From a virus, in the IMG/VR virus record IMGVR_UViG_3300035039_000184: a stretch of 56,665 bases of DNA. One strand, 5' to 3'. The position numbers were made by a program, and so were the translations under genes. Below the pieces are notes generated by a model, which was not told the DNA's origin, did not search any database, and worked only from the letters and a program-made list of their open reading frames with translations. Positions 23,517 through 32,616 of this stretch are shown in pieces. Within the stretch, counting starts at the first letter, position 1. Every line of letters starts with the position of its first letter.

Positions 23517-24787
23517 TCCAGAGCCCTTCCGAAAAGCGTGAAGCCTATCCCTACAACGAGAAATATTTCTACACGGGCAAACGTTTCGGAGACGCACTGG
23601 TATTGATGGAGACAGGCAGAATGGGTCACGAGGAATGGGAGGCCATAAGAACGGATCTTCCCTGTATCGGGGGATCGGACGCAGCTACGGTGCTCGGATA
23701 CAACAAGTACAAGTCCCCCATGATGCTATGGAGTGAACTTTCGGGAATTACCAAAAGACCACGAAACGATGATCCCTCTACATACTGGTATCCGTTCATT
23801 TCAGAACCGGCCTACTGGGGGCATGTCCACGAACCCCAGATAAGAAACACCATCAAAGGGATCCTCGAACCTCGGGGGTGCAGGATTGAGCAGAGAAACG
23901 CAATCCTTACACATCCGGAGCACAAGTGGATGATATGCGACCTTGACGGAGTTATCTACGCTCCGGCGGAGGGAGTGAAAGTGACGGACTCCACGGGAAC
24001 GGATTTTGTCCTCGAAGGCAGGGGAGTGCTGGAGTGCAAGTCGGCCTCTGAATATCTCAAGAACGAATGGACAGGCGACGATCTTCCGATGGCCTACTAC
24101 ATTCAGGTTCAGCACAATCTCGCAGTAACGGGGTTTCAGTGGGCCATCGTTCCGGCTCTTGTGGGAGGAAACCGTTTCAACTGGAAGGTTATCCCCAGAA
24201 GCCAGGAGTACATCGACGCAATAGTCGGAGTCGAGAAGAAGTTCTGGCACGAGCATTACCTCGCTTCCGAGCCTCCGGAGCTCGACGGATCGGCGGCCAC
24301 GGAGAAGTGGCTGAAGGAACAGTATCCAGAGGACCTTACCGATGATGTTGTAGTGGCCAACGAGGAGCTCGACGAGCTTGCCAGGAAATATACGGAAGCG
24401 AAGGCAAGGCTCGAAGAGCTCAAGAAAGAAGAGGCCGAATACAAGAACAAGATCATCCAGCAGATAGCAGAGGCTCCCGGAGCAAAGGGATCCAGATACA
24501 AATGGACCCTGAGCTACAAGAAGGGCAAGGATTCCGTCAAAACTACCACGGACTATGAGGCCGTAGGGAAAGAGATAGAGGACGGAGTTCCCGAGGAGAT
24601 CATCGAGAAACACACGAGGGTCACCACCTACTGGGAGGACGTAGTGAAGGAAATTCTGGACTCGGAAGAGGACGGCCCATTGAAGGATATCGTTTCGGAG
24701 ATAGTTGACAAGTATTCCGAAAGCAAGGTCACGAGAAAGGGATCCAGGACATTTCGCTTTAACTGGGAAGATGAGGAGGTGGCATAA
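23495..24787 (+). CDS. YqaJ-like (lambda Exo-type, PD-(D/E)xK) recombination exonuclease with C-terminal coiled-coil extension
   Basis: IGGSDAATVLGYNKYKSPMMLWSELSG and DLDG...GVLECKSA match the YqaJ viral recombinase motifs. It is adjacent to recT. Confidence 0.8.
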   Translation: MQETDVLIQSPSEKREAYPYNEKYFYTGKRFGDALVLMETGRMGHEEWEAIRTDLPCIGGSDAATVLGYNKYKSPMMLWSELSGITKRPRNDDPSTYWYPFISEPAYWGHVHEPQIRNTIKGILEPRGCRIEQRNAILTHPEHKWMICDLDGVIYAPAEGVKVTDSTGTDFVLEGRGVLECKSASEYLKNEWTGDDLPMAYYIQVQHNLAVTGFQWAIVPALVGGNRFNWKVIPRSQEYIDAIVGVEKKFWHEHYLASEPPELDGSAATEKWLKEQYPEDLTDDVVVANEELDELARKYTEAKARLEELKKEEAEYKNKIIQQIAEAPGAKGSRYKWTLSYKKGKDSVKTTTDYEAVGKEIEDGVPEEIIEKHTRVTTYWEDVVKEILDSEEDGPLKDIVSEIVDKYSESKVTRKGSRTFRFNWEDEEVA

Positions 24788-25729
24788 ATGGCAGCCACTA
24801 ACAGAAACGGGAGCAAGGAAGAGCTTGAGAAACTGAAGGAAAAGGCCGGAACCGAGCTTGAGGCAACATCCAAGTCCAAAGAAAACGCCAAGAACTCTCC
24901 TCTGAAGAGTTTTAAGGCCACAGTGGACCGGATGAAGGGCGAGATCGAGGCGGCTCTGCCTCAACATCTGAAGGCAAACTCGGACAGATACGCCCGGAAT
25001 ACCGTAACTCTGTTCTCCCAGAATCCGTCATTGCAGCTTTGCCGGCCAGTGACGATCCTGGGAGCTATGATGACAGCGACAGCATTAGGGCTGGACCTTT
25101 CCCCTCAGTTGGGACAAGCATACATCATCCCTTACCAGAACAGCAAGTATATGAACGGCAAGTGGGAGAAAGTCTGGGAGGCTCAATTCCAGTTTGGATA
25201 CAAGGGCCTTGTGGCTCTCGCTCATCGCAGTGACAAGATAGCCTACATCGCAGCTCATCCGGTCTACGAGAAGGACGTTTTCGACTACTCCTACGGAACG
25301 AAGGAATATCGGGTCCTGAAGCACAAACCGAGCCCTCTTCCTAAGAAAGAGGACCTCGAAAACAAGGACGACAACCACAGGGGAGATATTAAGTTCTACT
25401 ACGCAATCGCAGAGCTGACAAACGGCGGAGAGAATTTTCTGGTCTGGCCACGAGTGGACGTTATAGCTCATGCCAAAAAGTTCTCCAAAAGTTACTACAA
25501 GTGGGACAAGTCTGGCAACCGGACGGTCAATTCCAACTCCCCATGGGTAAAGGATGAGATAAGCATGGCCCAGAAAACCCTTCTTATCCAGCTTTGCAGA
25601 TATCTTCCGGTCTCCGTTGAGCTCGGCAAGGCCATAGCCCAGGATGAAACAACGAGGGATGATCTGAGTCTGCTTGAGAGGGAAAAGGACATCATCGACA
25701 TTACGCCGTCAGATTCACCGGCGGAGTAA
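24788..25729 (+). CDS. recT: RecT-family single-strand annealing protein
   Basis: 313-aa ORF immediately after the exonuclease gene. RecT-like core (QFQFGYKGLVALAHRSDKI..., WVKDEISMAQKTLL). Confidence 0.75.
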   Translation: MAATNRNGSKEELEKLKEKAGTELEATSKSKENAKNSPLKSFKATVDRMKGEIEAALPQHLKANSDRYARNTVTLFSQNPSLQLCRPVTILGAMMTATALGLDLSPQLGQAYIIPYQNSKYMNGKWEKVWEAQFQFGYKGLVALAHRSDKIAYIAAHPVYEKDVFDYSYGTKEYRVLKHKPSPLPKKEDLENKDDNHRGDIKFYYAIAELTNGGENFLVWPRVDVIAHAKKFSKSYYKWDKSGNRTVNSNSPWVKDEISMAQKTLLIQLCRYLPVSVELGKAIAQDETTRDDLSLLEREKDIIDITPSDSPAE

Positions 25730-25736
25730 ATAAACA

Positions 25737-25768
25737 GGGGAGGGCGGATCTTCCGCCTTCCCCTTATT
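25737..25768 (+). terminator. strong hairpin, terminator or attenuator between recT and the methyltransferase gene
   Basis: 12-bp stem ggggagggcgga/tccgccttcccc (one G-U pair), followed by ttattgt (weak U tract). Confidence 0.45.
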
Positions 25769-25779
25769 GTGGAGGGAAT

Positions 25780-26667
25780 ATGGGGAAACTGAAAATGCTT
25801 GACCTCTTCAGCGGCATAGGCGGGGTCAGCCTTGGAGCGGAAATGACAGGTTGTATTGAGACAGTGGGGTTCTGTGAGATAGAGCCGTTCTGCCAGAGGG
25901 TACTTAAAAAACATTGGCCTGACGTGCCGATTTACACAGACATAAAGGAGTTGACGGCAGAAGATGTGGGATCAGTTGACATTGTTGCAGGTGGTGCCCC
26001 TTGTCAACCATACTCTGTCAACGGAAAAAGACAGGGAGGAAAAGACGAAAGACACCTATGGCCTGAAATGTTCCGATTGGTCAGAGATATCAGACCCAGT
26101 TGGATGGTTTTTGAGAATGTCCCTGGAATCCTGTCTGGAACAATCGACGAGATCCTCAGTGACTTGGAAAGCGAAGGGTACAAAAGCTGGACATATGTAT
26201 ACGGAGCTAATCTATTTGGAGCAGAGCACAAAAGAAACAGGGTCTTCGTTATTGCAGAAAAGAGGGCAATATGGCCCGGAGAATATATATGGGAAGAAGG
26301 ATGGGAAGAACCATACTGCCCCGTTTGCCGAGTTGAATTTGGAAGTAACGAGTGTTTCCACGACGGAATCACAAGTTGGTTTGATGAAAAAATATCCGAT
26401 GATCCCGACACTGAGAGCCAGCGAATGGAAAGGATGTGGCCCGAAGGGGTCAAAATCCCACAACCACTGGTTAAAACACTTTTACCTCTCCGCAATAGTA
26501 ACGGACAGTGGGAAACTGAACCCGACTTTCGCAGAACGGATGATGGGATTCCCGGAAGGGTGGACAAACATAAATCAGCAAGATTGAAAGCCCTCGGCAA
26601 CGCAGTAGTACCGCAGCAGATATACCCTATATTCTGGGCGATCAGTCAAATGGAGGTGCAGAAATGA
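25780..26667 (+). CDS. DNA (cytosine-5) methyltransferase
   Basis: Motif I LFSGIGG, motif IV GGAPCQPYS, motif VI ENVPG, motif VIII KRNRVFVIA, motif X LGNAVVPQ. Confidence 0.85.
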   Translation: MGKLKMLDLFSGIGGVSLGAEMTGCIETVGFCEIEPFCQRVLKKHWPDVPIYTDIKELTAEDVGSVDIVAGGAPCQPYSVNGKRQGGKDERHLWPEMFRLVRDIRPSWMVFENVPGILSGTIDEILSDLESEGYKSWTYVYGANLFGAEHKRNRVFVIAEKRAIWPGEYIWEEGWEEPYCPVCRVEFGSNECFHDGITSWFDEKISDDPDTESQRMERMWPEGVKIPQPLVKTLLPLRNSNGQWETEPDFRRTDDGIPGRVDKHKSARLKALGNAVVPQQIYPIFWAISQMEVQK

Positions 26668-27194
26668 TTTCATCGCAAACAGATACATCATCAGCAATGA
26701 ATACTCGTCTTCTGGAGGCTTCGATGCAGGAAAAGCTTGACCAGAGGGGGGTAACACTTTTCATGCTCAAGAAAGAGATCCTCGAAAAAATGAGGATATG
26801 GAAGGACCCAGTTAGTTTCTCCAAGATCATAGATCTTATCGGCAACGACAAATATGCCGGAGGGTCCATAACATACCAGGCCATTATAGAACTGATAAAA
26901 GACGGACTGGTTGTTGAGGAGGAAAGGAAGGGGAACAGGGTATTTATCGCTCTTCCTGAAACCTTTCTTGGCGAACCCGGAGCATCTCCGGAATATCCAA
27001 GAGTGATCTTTGAGGATGAAGAGACAAGTAATTTCCCCTTTCGCATTGTGCAGATGAGCGAGAATTCCTTTTATCCTGAAGAGTCTACCGACGTGGACCT
27101 CATGGGAGATAGGCAATGGGATGAAGTGGAAGAGCCGTCTTTTGAACACATAAGAGCTCTCGCGAAAGAGATAGTCAAACTGAGGGGTTGGTGA
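26664..27194 (+). CDS. hypothetical protein, possible winged-helix
   Basis: 176-aa ORF with ATGA overlap to the upstream gene. The segment ITYQAIIELIKDGLVVEEERKGNRVFIAL resembles a wHTH. Confidence 0.5.
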   Translation: MISSQTDTSSAMNTRLLEASMQEKLDQRGVTLFMLKKEILEKMRIWKDPVSFSKIIDLIGNDKYAGGSITYQAIIELIKDGLVVEEERKGNRVFIALPETFLGEPGASPEYPRVIFEDEETSNFPFRIVQMSENSFYPEESTDVDLMGDRQWDEVEEPSFEHIRALAKEIVKLRGW

Positions 27195-27196
27195 TA

Positions 27197-28009
27197 ATGG
27201 CAATCTATAGAACAAGTAAGGAAGACCGCCCATTTGTAATGCTGGACAAGACAAGCCTGGAGGATCCCCGGTTGAGCATGGCAGCAAAGGGGTTACATGC
27301 TTACCTCATGAGCAGACCTGACAACTGGACTCCGAGAATAAACCAGCTGACAAAGATCTGCAGCAATGGCAAGGCCCACATAAAAACAACTCTTCGCAAT
27401 CTGGAAGAGGCCGGATATGTCTGGAAACGAAAGATCCGGGATGAGCAGGGAAGGTTTCAGGACTGGGAGTATGTAATATTCGAGACACCGAGAGCCGAAA
27501 ATCCGTTTTCGGAGTCACCGAGAGCCGAAAAACCGACGTCGGAAAAACCGAGGTCGGAAAATCGGCCCTTTAATAATAATTATAAAGATAATAATAATGA
27601 CTCTAATAATATACCCCCTATAGTCCCCCATGAAATTTCTAATGACTCTGACGGCTATGAAGAATTCATGGAGATACATCCAGCAGGAAAGATGGGCAAG
27701 CCCGAAGGAAGAAAGAACTGGAATTTGTGCCTGAAGGACGGATGGACAAAGGATCAGCTTCTCTCCGCAGCAAAAAGATACGCCCACTTCATCACCATGC
27801 GAGAGCAGATGGAGGACGACGTGAAGGTCAAGTATCCCCAGGGCTTTTTAAACCCCAGAAAACTGTACTTCGAACCGTGGATCCCCGGAAACGAGAACCG
27901 GGAATATCAGCGAACTCTCGCAAGGTTTAACAAGCACAAGCGAAAGGGAGTTGCGCCGGTATCGGACTTTTCAAACGTGAAGAAGGGAGAGTGGAAACGC
28001 CATGCATGA
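27197..28009 (+). CDS. replication initiator / replisome organiser (DnaD-like N-terminal HTH)
   Basis: ATG at 27197, after the upstream stop at 27192-27194. N-terminus FVMLDKTSLEDPRLSMAAKGLHAYLMSRPDNW..., followed by the P-x-x-E-x-P repeats PRAENPFSESPRAEKPTSEKPRSENRP typical of this family. Confidence 0.65.
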   Translation: MAIYRTSKEDRPFVMLDKTSLEDPRLSMAAKGLHAYLMSRPDNWTPRINQLTKICSNGKAHIKTTLRNLEEAGYVWKRKIRDEQGRFQDWEYVIFETPRAENPFSESPRAEKPTSEKPRSENRPFNNNYKDNNNDSNNIPPIVPHEISNDSDGYEEFMEIHPAGKMGKPEGRKNWNLCLKDGWTKDQLLSAAKRYAHFITMREQMEDDVKVKYPQGFLNPRKLYFEPWIPGNENREYQRTLARFNKHKRKGVAPVSDFSNVKKGEWKRHA

Positions 28010-28823
28010 ACATCCACAGAGCACGAAAGATTTTATGGAACGGATGTTCTCAGGGATAGCAGAGCAGGTGAAATGGGAAAATGAAATAGAAAATGGTGGC
28101 AAATGTCCAGGATGCACCCAGGGCAGGGTTTCAAAGCTGCTTGAAATTGACGGTAAAGAGTGCAGGGTAACAATCGACTGCCCTCTCTTCAAGCTCAACG
28201 GAGAGAACTGCGAGTATGGCAGGGAAGTGCATAAGGTGATCCAGGACGAGATATACAAAAGGCTCGCAGAAAAGGGCGTTCCAAAGCGTCACCTGAAGCC
28301 AGCGGACGAGATAGACACTAACCAACCGGCATACAAGGCGACAAAAAACTGGGACGGATGGGGCAATCTCACTCTCTGCGGAAACGTCGGAACAGGGAAG
28401 TCCTTTGCAGCAGTATGCGCCCTGCGTCGGTGGGTTGGGTTGAGGACAAGCAGAAGCATTGATGCAGGAGCAGGGCTGCCCTACATAAGGGACAATATCC
28501 GCTACACCGTTCTGCCCTACGTTGAGTGGAAACGCGCCTTCGAGATATGCGACAATCGGGAGTTCCGCGAGAAGGCAAAGAAGGCGGCTATCCTCGTTCT
28601 GGACGAACTGGGAGCGGAAAGCCTGAACGAATACAGCACGGCCATTCTGAATGATCTGTTATCTCACAGATACGACAATGACGCTCTGGCAACGATCATC
28701 ACGACAAATCTGACTCCCGACGCCTTGGAGCAGAGATACGGTCCGAGAATGATGGACCGGCTTTCGGGGGAAGAGGGGAAGATCATAGTTGTGGACGGGA
28801 AGAACATGAGGTTTGAAAGATGA
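28002..28823 (+). CDS. DnaC/IstB-like AAA+ helicase loader
   Basis: Walker A GNVGTGKSF and Walker B ILVLDELGAE, with an N-terminal Cys cluster (CPGC...C..C). It overlaps the initiator gene by 8 nt. Confidence 0.75.
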   Translation: MHEHPQSTKDFMERMFSGIAEQVKWENEIENGGKCPGCTQGRVSKLLEIDGKECRVTIDCPLFKLNGENCEYGREVHKVIQDEIYKRLAEKGVPKRHLKPADEIDTNQPAYKATKNWDGWGNLTLCGNVGTGKSFAAVCALRRWVGLRTSRSIDAGAGLPYIRDNIRYTVLPYVEWKRAFEICDNREFREKAKKAAILVLDELGAESLNEYSTAILNDLLSHRYDNDALATIITTNLTPDALEQRYGPRMMDRLSGEEGKIIVVDGKNMRFER

Positions 28824-28890
28824 TCCTGGCATTGATCCTGATAGATCCTCCTATATGGACTCTGGCCTACATGATAGGGGCGATTCCGGC

Positions 28891-29067
28891 ATGAAAAAGA
28901 AAAGAAACTGCTCGACATGTGCCCTCTGGGACAACGACAAAAAGGAATGCAGGGCCGGACACATCCTGATCGGAGACATCTATTCATCTTACCAGTGTTT
29001 TTACTGGCAGGAGCCGGAGAAGGATATAGGGGAAGGGGATCACAAGGATCAGAAGGTGCTGTTTTGA
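28891..29067 (+). CDS. hypothetical small Cys-containing protein
   Basis: Internal ATG of ORF 28813..29067 (MKKKRNCSTCALWDNDKKEC...). The start is uncertain: the TTG at 28813 is the alternative. Confidence 0.4.
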   Translation: MKKKRNCSTCALWDNDKKECRAGHILIGDIYSSYQCFYWQEPEKDIGEGDHKDQKVLF

Positions 29068-29081
29068 CAGGAGTTGATGGT

Positions 29082-29447
29082 ATGGCAACAGACATTCTGG
29101 AAGAGCTGGACGAACTTATAGGATATGTTGACAAGGTTCCGGAAAAAGGTCCGGAGTGGAGTCTGCCGAACTGGGCTCCTCAATACGAGATAAACGAACT
29201 CTACCATGTAGCAGGATCCCAGGGGGAGAACAGAATAACAGAGGAGACAATCCTGGCAAGTCCTCTGTTTATATATCTCGGGGCGACTATGGGGAAGCAT
29301 ACTCAGATACATGTCTTCCGGTCTCTTAACGCAAAATACAAGGTGGCCTGTTCGGACATTCAGGCCAAAGAGACAGTTCTCCCGGTCAGGGATAGGGAAA
29401 GGAAGGCTCTTAAATGGGATTTGAGGAAGTTGTATGTGCGTACTTAA
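29082..29447 (+). CDS. hypothetical protein
   Basis: ATG at 29082 with caggag 8 nt upstream. The upstream part of ORF 28917..29447 overlaps the preceding gene. Confidence 0.5.
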   Translation: MATDILEELDELIGYVDKVPEKGPEWSLPNWAPQYEINELYHVAGSQGENRITEETILASPLFIYLGATMGKHTQIHVFRSLNAKYKVACSDIQAKETVLPVRDRERKALKWDLRKLYVRT

Positions 29448-29514
29448 AGGTCTGCTTTACAGTCTATGTGGCTATAGCAGTATTCATTTTGGCAGGAAGG
29501 GGAATTGTGAAGAC

Positions 29515-29802
29515 ATGCAGGATAACGGCATTGATCATCCGGCGTATTACAACCAGGGGGATATCGAGGCGATAGATTTTATCGAGAACCTACCCTACAA
29601 CGAGGGTGCTGCGATTAAATACATCGTGAGGCACAGATATAAGGGAGAAGCCCTGAAAGACTTGAGAAAGGCAAGATGGTACGTAAACCGGCTCATTCAA
29701 AACGAGGAGGCGAGGCTGAAAAAGAGGGATGAGCAAAGGGAGGCGATAGTCAGGGATTCAATGGAGAAAGGCCTGAGAAACGCTGCACCACAAAATCTTT
29801 AA
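29515..29802 (+). CDS. DUF3310/SaV-like protein
   Basis: IDHPAYYNQGDIEAIDFIENL...GAAIKYIVRHRYKGEALKDLRKARWYVNRL matches the hP.hY...E.id.ie...gNaiKYi.R...Kg...DL.KA..Y pattern of DUF3310. Confidence 0.65.
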   Translation: MQDNGIDHPAYYNQGDIEAIDFIENLPYNEGAAIKYIVRHRYKGEALKDLRKARWYVNRLIQNEEARLKKRDEQREAIVRDSMEKGLRNAAPQNL

Positions 29803-29804
29803 AA

Positions 29805-29830
29805 GTGAGGTGAGACCTCACTACCTTTTT
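29805..29830 (+). terminator. rho-independent terminator
   Basis: Stem gtgaggt/acctcac with loop gag, followed by taccttttt. A second hairpin (gggcgagg/cctcgccc, 29859-29883) has no U tract. Confidence 0.55.
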
Positions 29831-29906
29831 ACAGATAAGGGAATTTATGATGTCGACAGGGCGAGGCGTTATGAACCTCGCCCATTAACTAAAGGGGGAA
29901 GAGTAA

Positions 29907-30140
29907 ATGAAAGAGAATATTAGAGATCAGATATATGATTTAGAAAGACAGCTCAGCGACGCTGCAAGTGCATACATCTCTACGTGCCATTTCTGTTATG
30001 GGTGTGAACATAAAATGAGAGATGATTGTTCCATAGCTGAGGAATTTGGCAGTCTGGGGTGTATATACAGAGCTGAATATGTTGAACTATTAAGAGCTCT
30101 GATCAATGCTGACGATGTAGTCATGGAGGTGGGGGAATGA
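29907..30140 (+). CDS. hypothetical Cys-rich protein
   Basis: 77-aa ORF with SD agggggaagag upstream. Contains CHFCYGCEHKMRDDC. Confidence 0.5.
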   Translation: MKENIRDQIYDLERQLSDAASAYISTCHFCYGCEHKMRDDCSIAEEFGSLGCIYRAEYVELLRALINADDVVMEVGE

Positions 30141-30508
30141 CAAATCAAGAACTGCGTATCAAGGTTGCGGAGGCAAGAGGGTGGAAACAGAAAACATATG
30201 TAGATAGAGACCCCGGTGGTGCAATACATAGGTATCCGAGGTGCTGGTTTAACGAGAACGAATACGGTGATATTCCACTGAATTTGCCTGAATATACAAC
30301 CAGCATGGATGCTTGTAATGAGTTAAAGAATGAAATGCTACAGAAGGGTAGAATTCTTTATATTTCTGGATGGAAAAATTTGAGAGGATTTAGGTGGGAT
30401 GTAACTCTTACAGATTGTGATCATGTCCACATCGCAGGTAGTTCATTTTGCAAAACCGAGGAGGAAGCAATCTGCAAAGCATATCTGGCATGGAAGGATG
30501 GACAGTGA
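30137..30508 (+). CDS. paralogue family A member 1 (phage ABA-sandwich-domain-like)
   Basis: ELRIKVAEARGW, YTTSMDAC and a C-terminal AYLAWKDGQ are shared with 31791..32141 and, in the C-terminal part, with 37430..37792. Confidence 0.6.
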   Translation: MTNQELRIKVAEARGWKQKTYVDRDPGGAIHRYPRCWFNENEYGDIPLNLPEYTTSMDACNELKNEMLQKGRILYISGWKNLRGFRWDVTLTDCDHVHIAGSSFCKTEEEAICKAYLAWKDGQ

Positions 30509-30723
30509 TGGATTTTAAGTGGCGACTCGAAGCATTTATTGAAAGAGAGCGGCTAATGCCGTTGCAACAGGAGACAAAGGAAGCACTTCTTGACCTTTTA
30601 AACGCAGTGGATACGGTGATCTTCCAAACGGGATACAAGGAAGACAGTAGAGGTAGCTTCTCTGTGAGACAAGACGAAATGGATTGGCTTGTTGAGGCAC
30701 GCCAAGAACTGGAGAAACAGTGA
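30508..30723 (+). CDS. hypothetical small protein (MDFK.. family)
   Basis: TGATG overlap with the upstream gene. The N-terminus MDFKW and the ARQELEKQ end parallel 32141..32251. Confidence 0.5.
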   Translation: MDFKWRLEAFIERERLMPLQQETKEALLDLLNAVDTVIFQTGYKEDSRGSFSVRQDEMDWLVEARQELEKQ

Positions 30724-30914
30724 TGGATATTGCAGAGAAGATAAAAAAACTTGAAAAGAAACTTGATGTTGTAGAAAAAAAACTTGCGGAAAATGAGGCA
30801 AGGGGACATGTTACTGGGATAGTAAGGAGTGCCTTTTTGGCGAGTGCATGGTGTAGGCTTACCGACGAGATAGAAAGACTTAAGGAGCGCCAAAAGCTGG
30901 GAGGTGGGGAGTAA
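30723..30914 (+). CDS. hypothetical coiled-coil small protein
   Basis: TGATG overlap. It ends ..ERQKLGGGE because the next gene's SD is embedded in the coding sequence. Confidence 0.5.
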   Translation: MDIAEKIKKLEKKLDVVEKKLAENEARGHVTGIVRSAFLASAWCRLTDEIERLKERQKLGGGE

Positions 30915-31141
30915 TGACAAATATAGAACAATTAAACGATACGATTGAAAATTTGCGAATAAAGATAGATAAATTGGAAGACGAAAACAAAAAACTACGA
31001 GAAGAGTTACGGACTACTGAATCACACTTACGCTCTGCTAAATTCCGGATAACTGAGGAATTAGAGCCAAGGATTAAAGAAGGTAAAAAAGCGTATGACA
31101 CGTGGGTATCTTCTCCAAATCGCATGGGAGGCGATGAGTAA
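30914..31141 (+). CDS. hypothetical coiled-coil small protein
   Basis: TAATG overlap at both ends. Heptad-like IENLRIKIDKLEDENKKLREEL. Confidence 0.5.
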   Translation: MTNIEQLNDTIENLRIKIDKLEDENKKLREELRTTESHLRSAKFRITEELEPRIKEGKKAYDTWVSSPNRMGGDE

Positions 31142-31791
31142 TGGAAAAATATCACAAGATACAGACAGTGTTTAAGCGCGATCCTGAGACAAAATTTAAG
31201 ACTATTCTTGAAGGTGAATATTCACTTCCTGAATTTGAATTTTTGAAAGACGCTACTTGGGTATGTACAGAAAAGGTAGACGGTACAAATATTCGTGCAA
31301 TCTGGGACGGAGAGAAAATTACCTTCAAGGGTAAAACAGACAACGCACAGATACCACCCTTTCTATTAGAAGCCCTGCAAAATGAGGTTTTTGATTTATT
31401 CACGGTTGAGTTGATTAGAAGCATTTTTAACGACACACCTGTATGTTTCTACGGAGAGGGATATGGAGCAAAAATACAGAAGGGTGGCGGTAATTATCGC
31501 AAAGATAATTCCTTTGTGTTGTTTGATATTAAGTGTAACAACATTTTCTTTGCCAGGGAAAAGGCCGAAGACATAGCCGATAGTCTTGGGATAGAAATAG
31601 TTCCCATTGTCGAGGAATGCAATTTATTTGAGGCTGTCGAAATTGCAAGAGAAGGATTCCAGTCATGGTGGGGGAAATTCGATGCAGAGGGGCTTGTCAT
31701 GAAACCCAAATGTGAACTATCAGACAGGAATGGGAACAGGATAATCACGAAGATTAAGCATAAGGATTTTAGAGATAAGGGGGAGCAGTGA
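31141..31791 (+). CDS. ATP-dependent RNA-ligase-like nucleotidyltransferase
   Basis: Motif I KVDGTN (31273-31290), motif III FVLFDI, motif IV EGLVMKP, motif V ITKIKHK. The N-terminus KYHKIQTVFKRDPET is typical of small bacterial/phage RNA ligase family proteins. Confidence 0.7.
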   Translation: MEKYHKIQTVFKRDPETKFKTILEGEYSLPEFEFLKDATWVCTEKVDGTNIRAIWDGEKITFKGKTDNAQIPPFLLEALQNEVFDLFTVELIRSIFNDTPVCFYGEGYGAKIQKGGGNYRKDNSFVLFDIKCNNIFFAREKAEDIADSLGIEIVPIVEECNLFEAVEIAREGFQSWWGKFDAEGLVMKPKCELSDRNGNRIITKIKHKDFRDKGEQ

Positions 31792-32141
31792 TGGCAATGG
31801 ATGTTCTACGTATCAAGGTTGCTGAAGCAAGAGGCTGGAGAATCTTTGATGAACAGGGAAACCCAATAGCATATCCATTTAACGAGGTTGACTTATCGGG
31901 GATACCACCAGGTGAAGCAATGGATGAACCTGTTCCATCATATACCACCAGCATGGATGCTTGTATGGAGTTGTTGGATGAGCTGAGTGAAAATAACGTA
32001 TCATGGATGCTCGAAAACTACGGTAAGTCTGGTTACAGATTTATAATCATTTTCGACGAAGAGAGAGCCTTAGCGTTTAGATCTGATCAGATATGCATGG
32101 CAGTTTGTGATGGGTATATGGCATGGAAGGAGGAGCAGTGA
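31791..32141 (+). CDS. paralogue family A member 2 (phage ABA-sandwich-domain-like)
   Basis: VLRIKVAEARGW, YTTSMDAC and GYMAWKEEQ, a paralogue of 30137..30508. Confidence 0.6.
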   Translation: MAMDVLRIKVAEARGWRIFDEQGNPIAYPFNEVDLSGIPPGEAMDEPVPSYTTSMDACMELLDELSENNVSWMLENYGKSGYRFIIIFDEERALAFRSDQICMAVCDGYMAWKEEQ

Positions 32142-32251
32142 TGGATTTTAAGGAGATACAAAAAGTTTACCATGATGAGTTACTCATTCCCTTGTGGAAA
32201 AAGTGGTTTGAGCTTAACCAGGCACGCCAAAAGCTGGGAGGTGGGGAGTGA
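32141..32251 (+). CDS. 36-aa ORF (MDFK.. family, short form)
   Basis: TGATG overlaps at both ends. MDFKEIQKVYHDELLIPLWKKWFELNQARQKLGGGE. It is below the ORF-track cut-off. Confidence 0.4.
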   Translation: MDFKEIQKVYHDELLIPLWKKWFELNQARQKLGGGE

Positions 32252-32616
32252 TGGGTAGTAATAAATTAAAAAAGTGGGTGTGTAGTGAATACCCAGAACA
32301 GGGATATGTTGTTGCCAGAACAAAAGAAGAAGCACAAAAAGAATTCCGTTGCAGTGAGTGTGAAACCCAAGAAATAATACTCGATTGCGAAGGGCCTCAA
32401 GTCCTGCGAGACAAAGATGAATATTTTGAAGACATCACTAACCAAATAGCAAGACTCCAAGCCGAAAACGCACGGTTGAGGGAGGCGTTGTTCAAGATAA
32501 CTTATCCGAATCTCTATATTGATAAAAATCAATATGGGGCAACATGGAAGAGTATAGCGAGAAAATATTATGAGATAGCGGAAAAAGCCTTAAAGGAGGG
32601 CAATGATGAAAGATAA
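32251..32616 (+). CDS. paralogue family B member 1 (ENARLREA coiled-coil family)
   Basis: Shares an identical 23-mer gaaaacgcacggttgagggaggc (32464-32486) with the next gene, and the C-terminal motif EIAEKALKEGNDE. Confidence 0.55.
   Translation: MGSNKLKKWVCSEYPEQGYVVARTKEEAQKEFRCSECETQEIILDCEGPQVLRDKDEYFEDITNQIARLQAENARLREALFKITYPNLYIDKNQYGATWKSIARKYYEIAEKALKEGNDER

Noticed and set aside
25964-26587. 207-aa + strand ORF and 198-aa - strand ORF (26004..26600) overlapping the C5 methyltransferase gene.
   Set aside because: They are alternative-frame or antisense shadows of a gene with all canonical C5-MTase motifs. They have no SD and an implausible composition.
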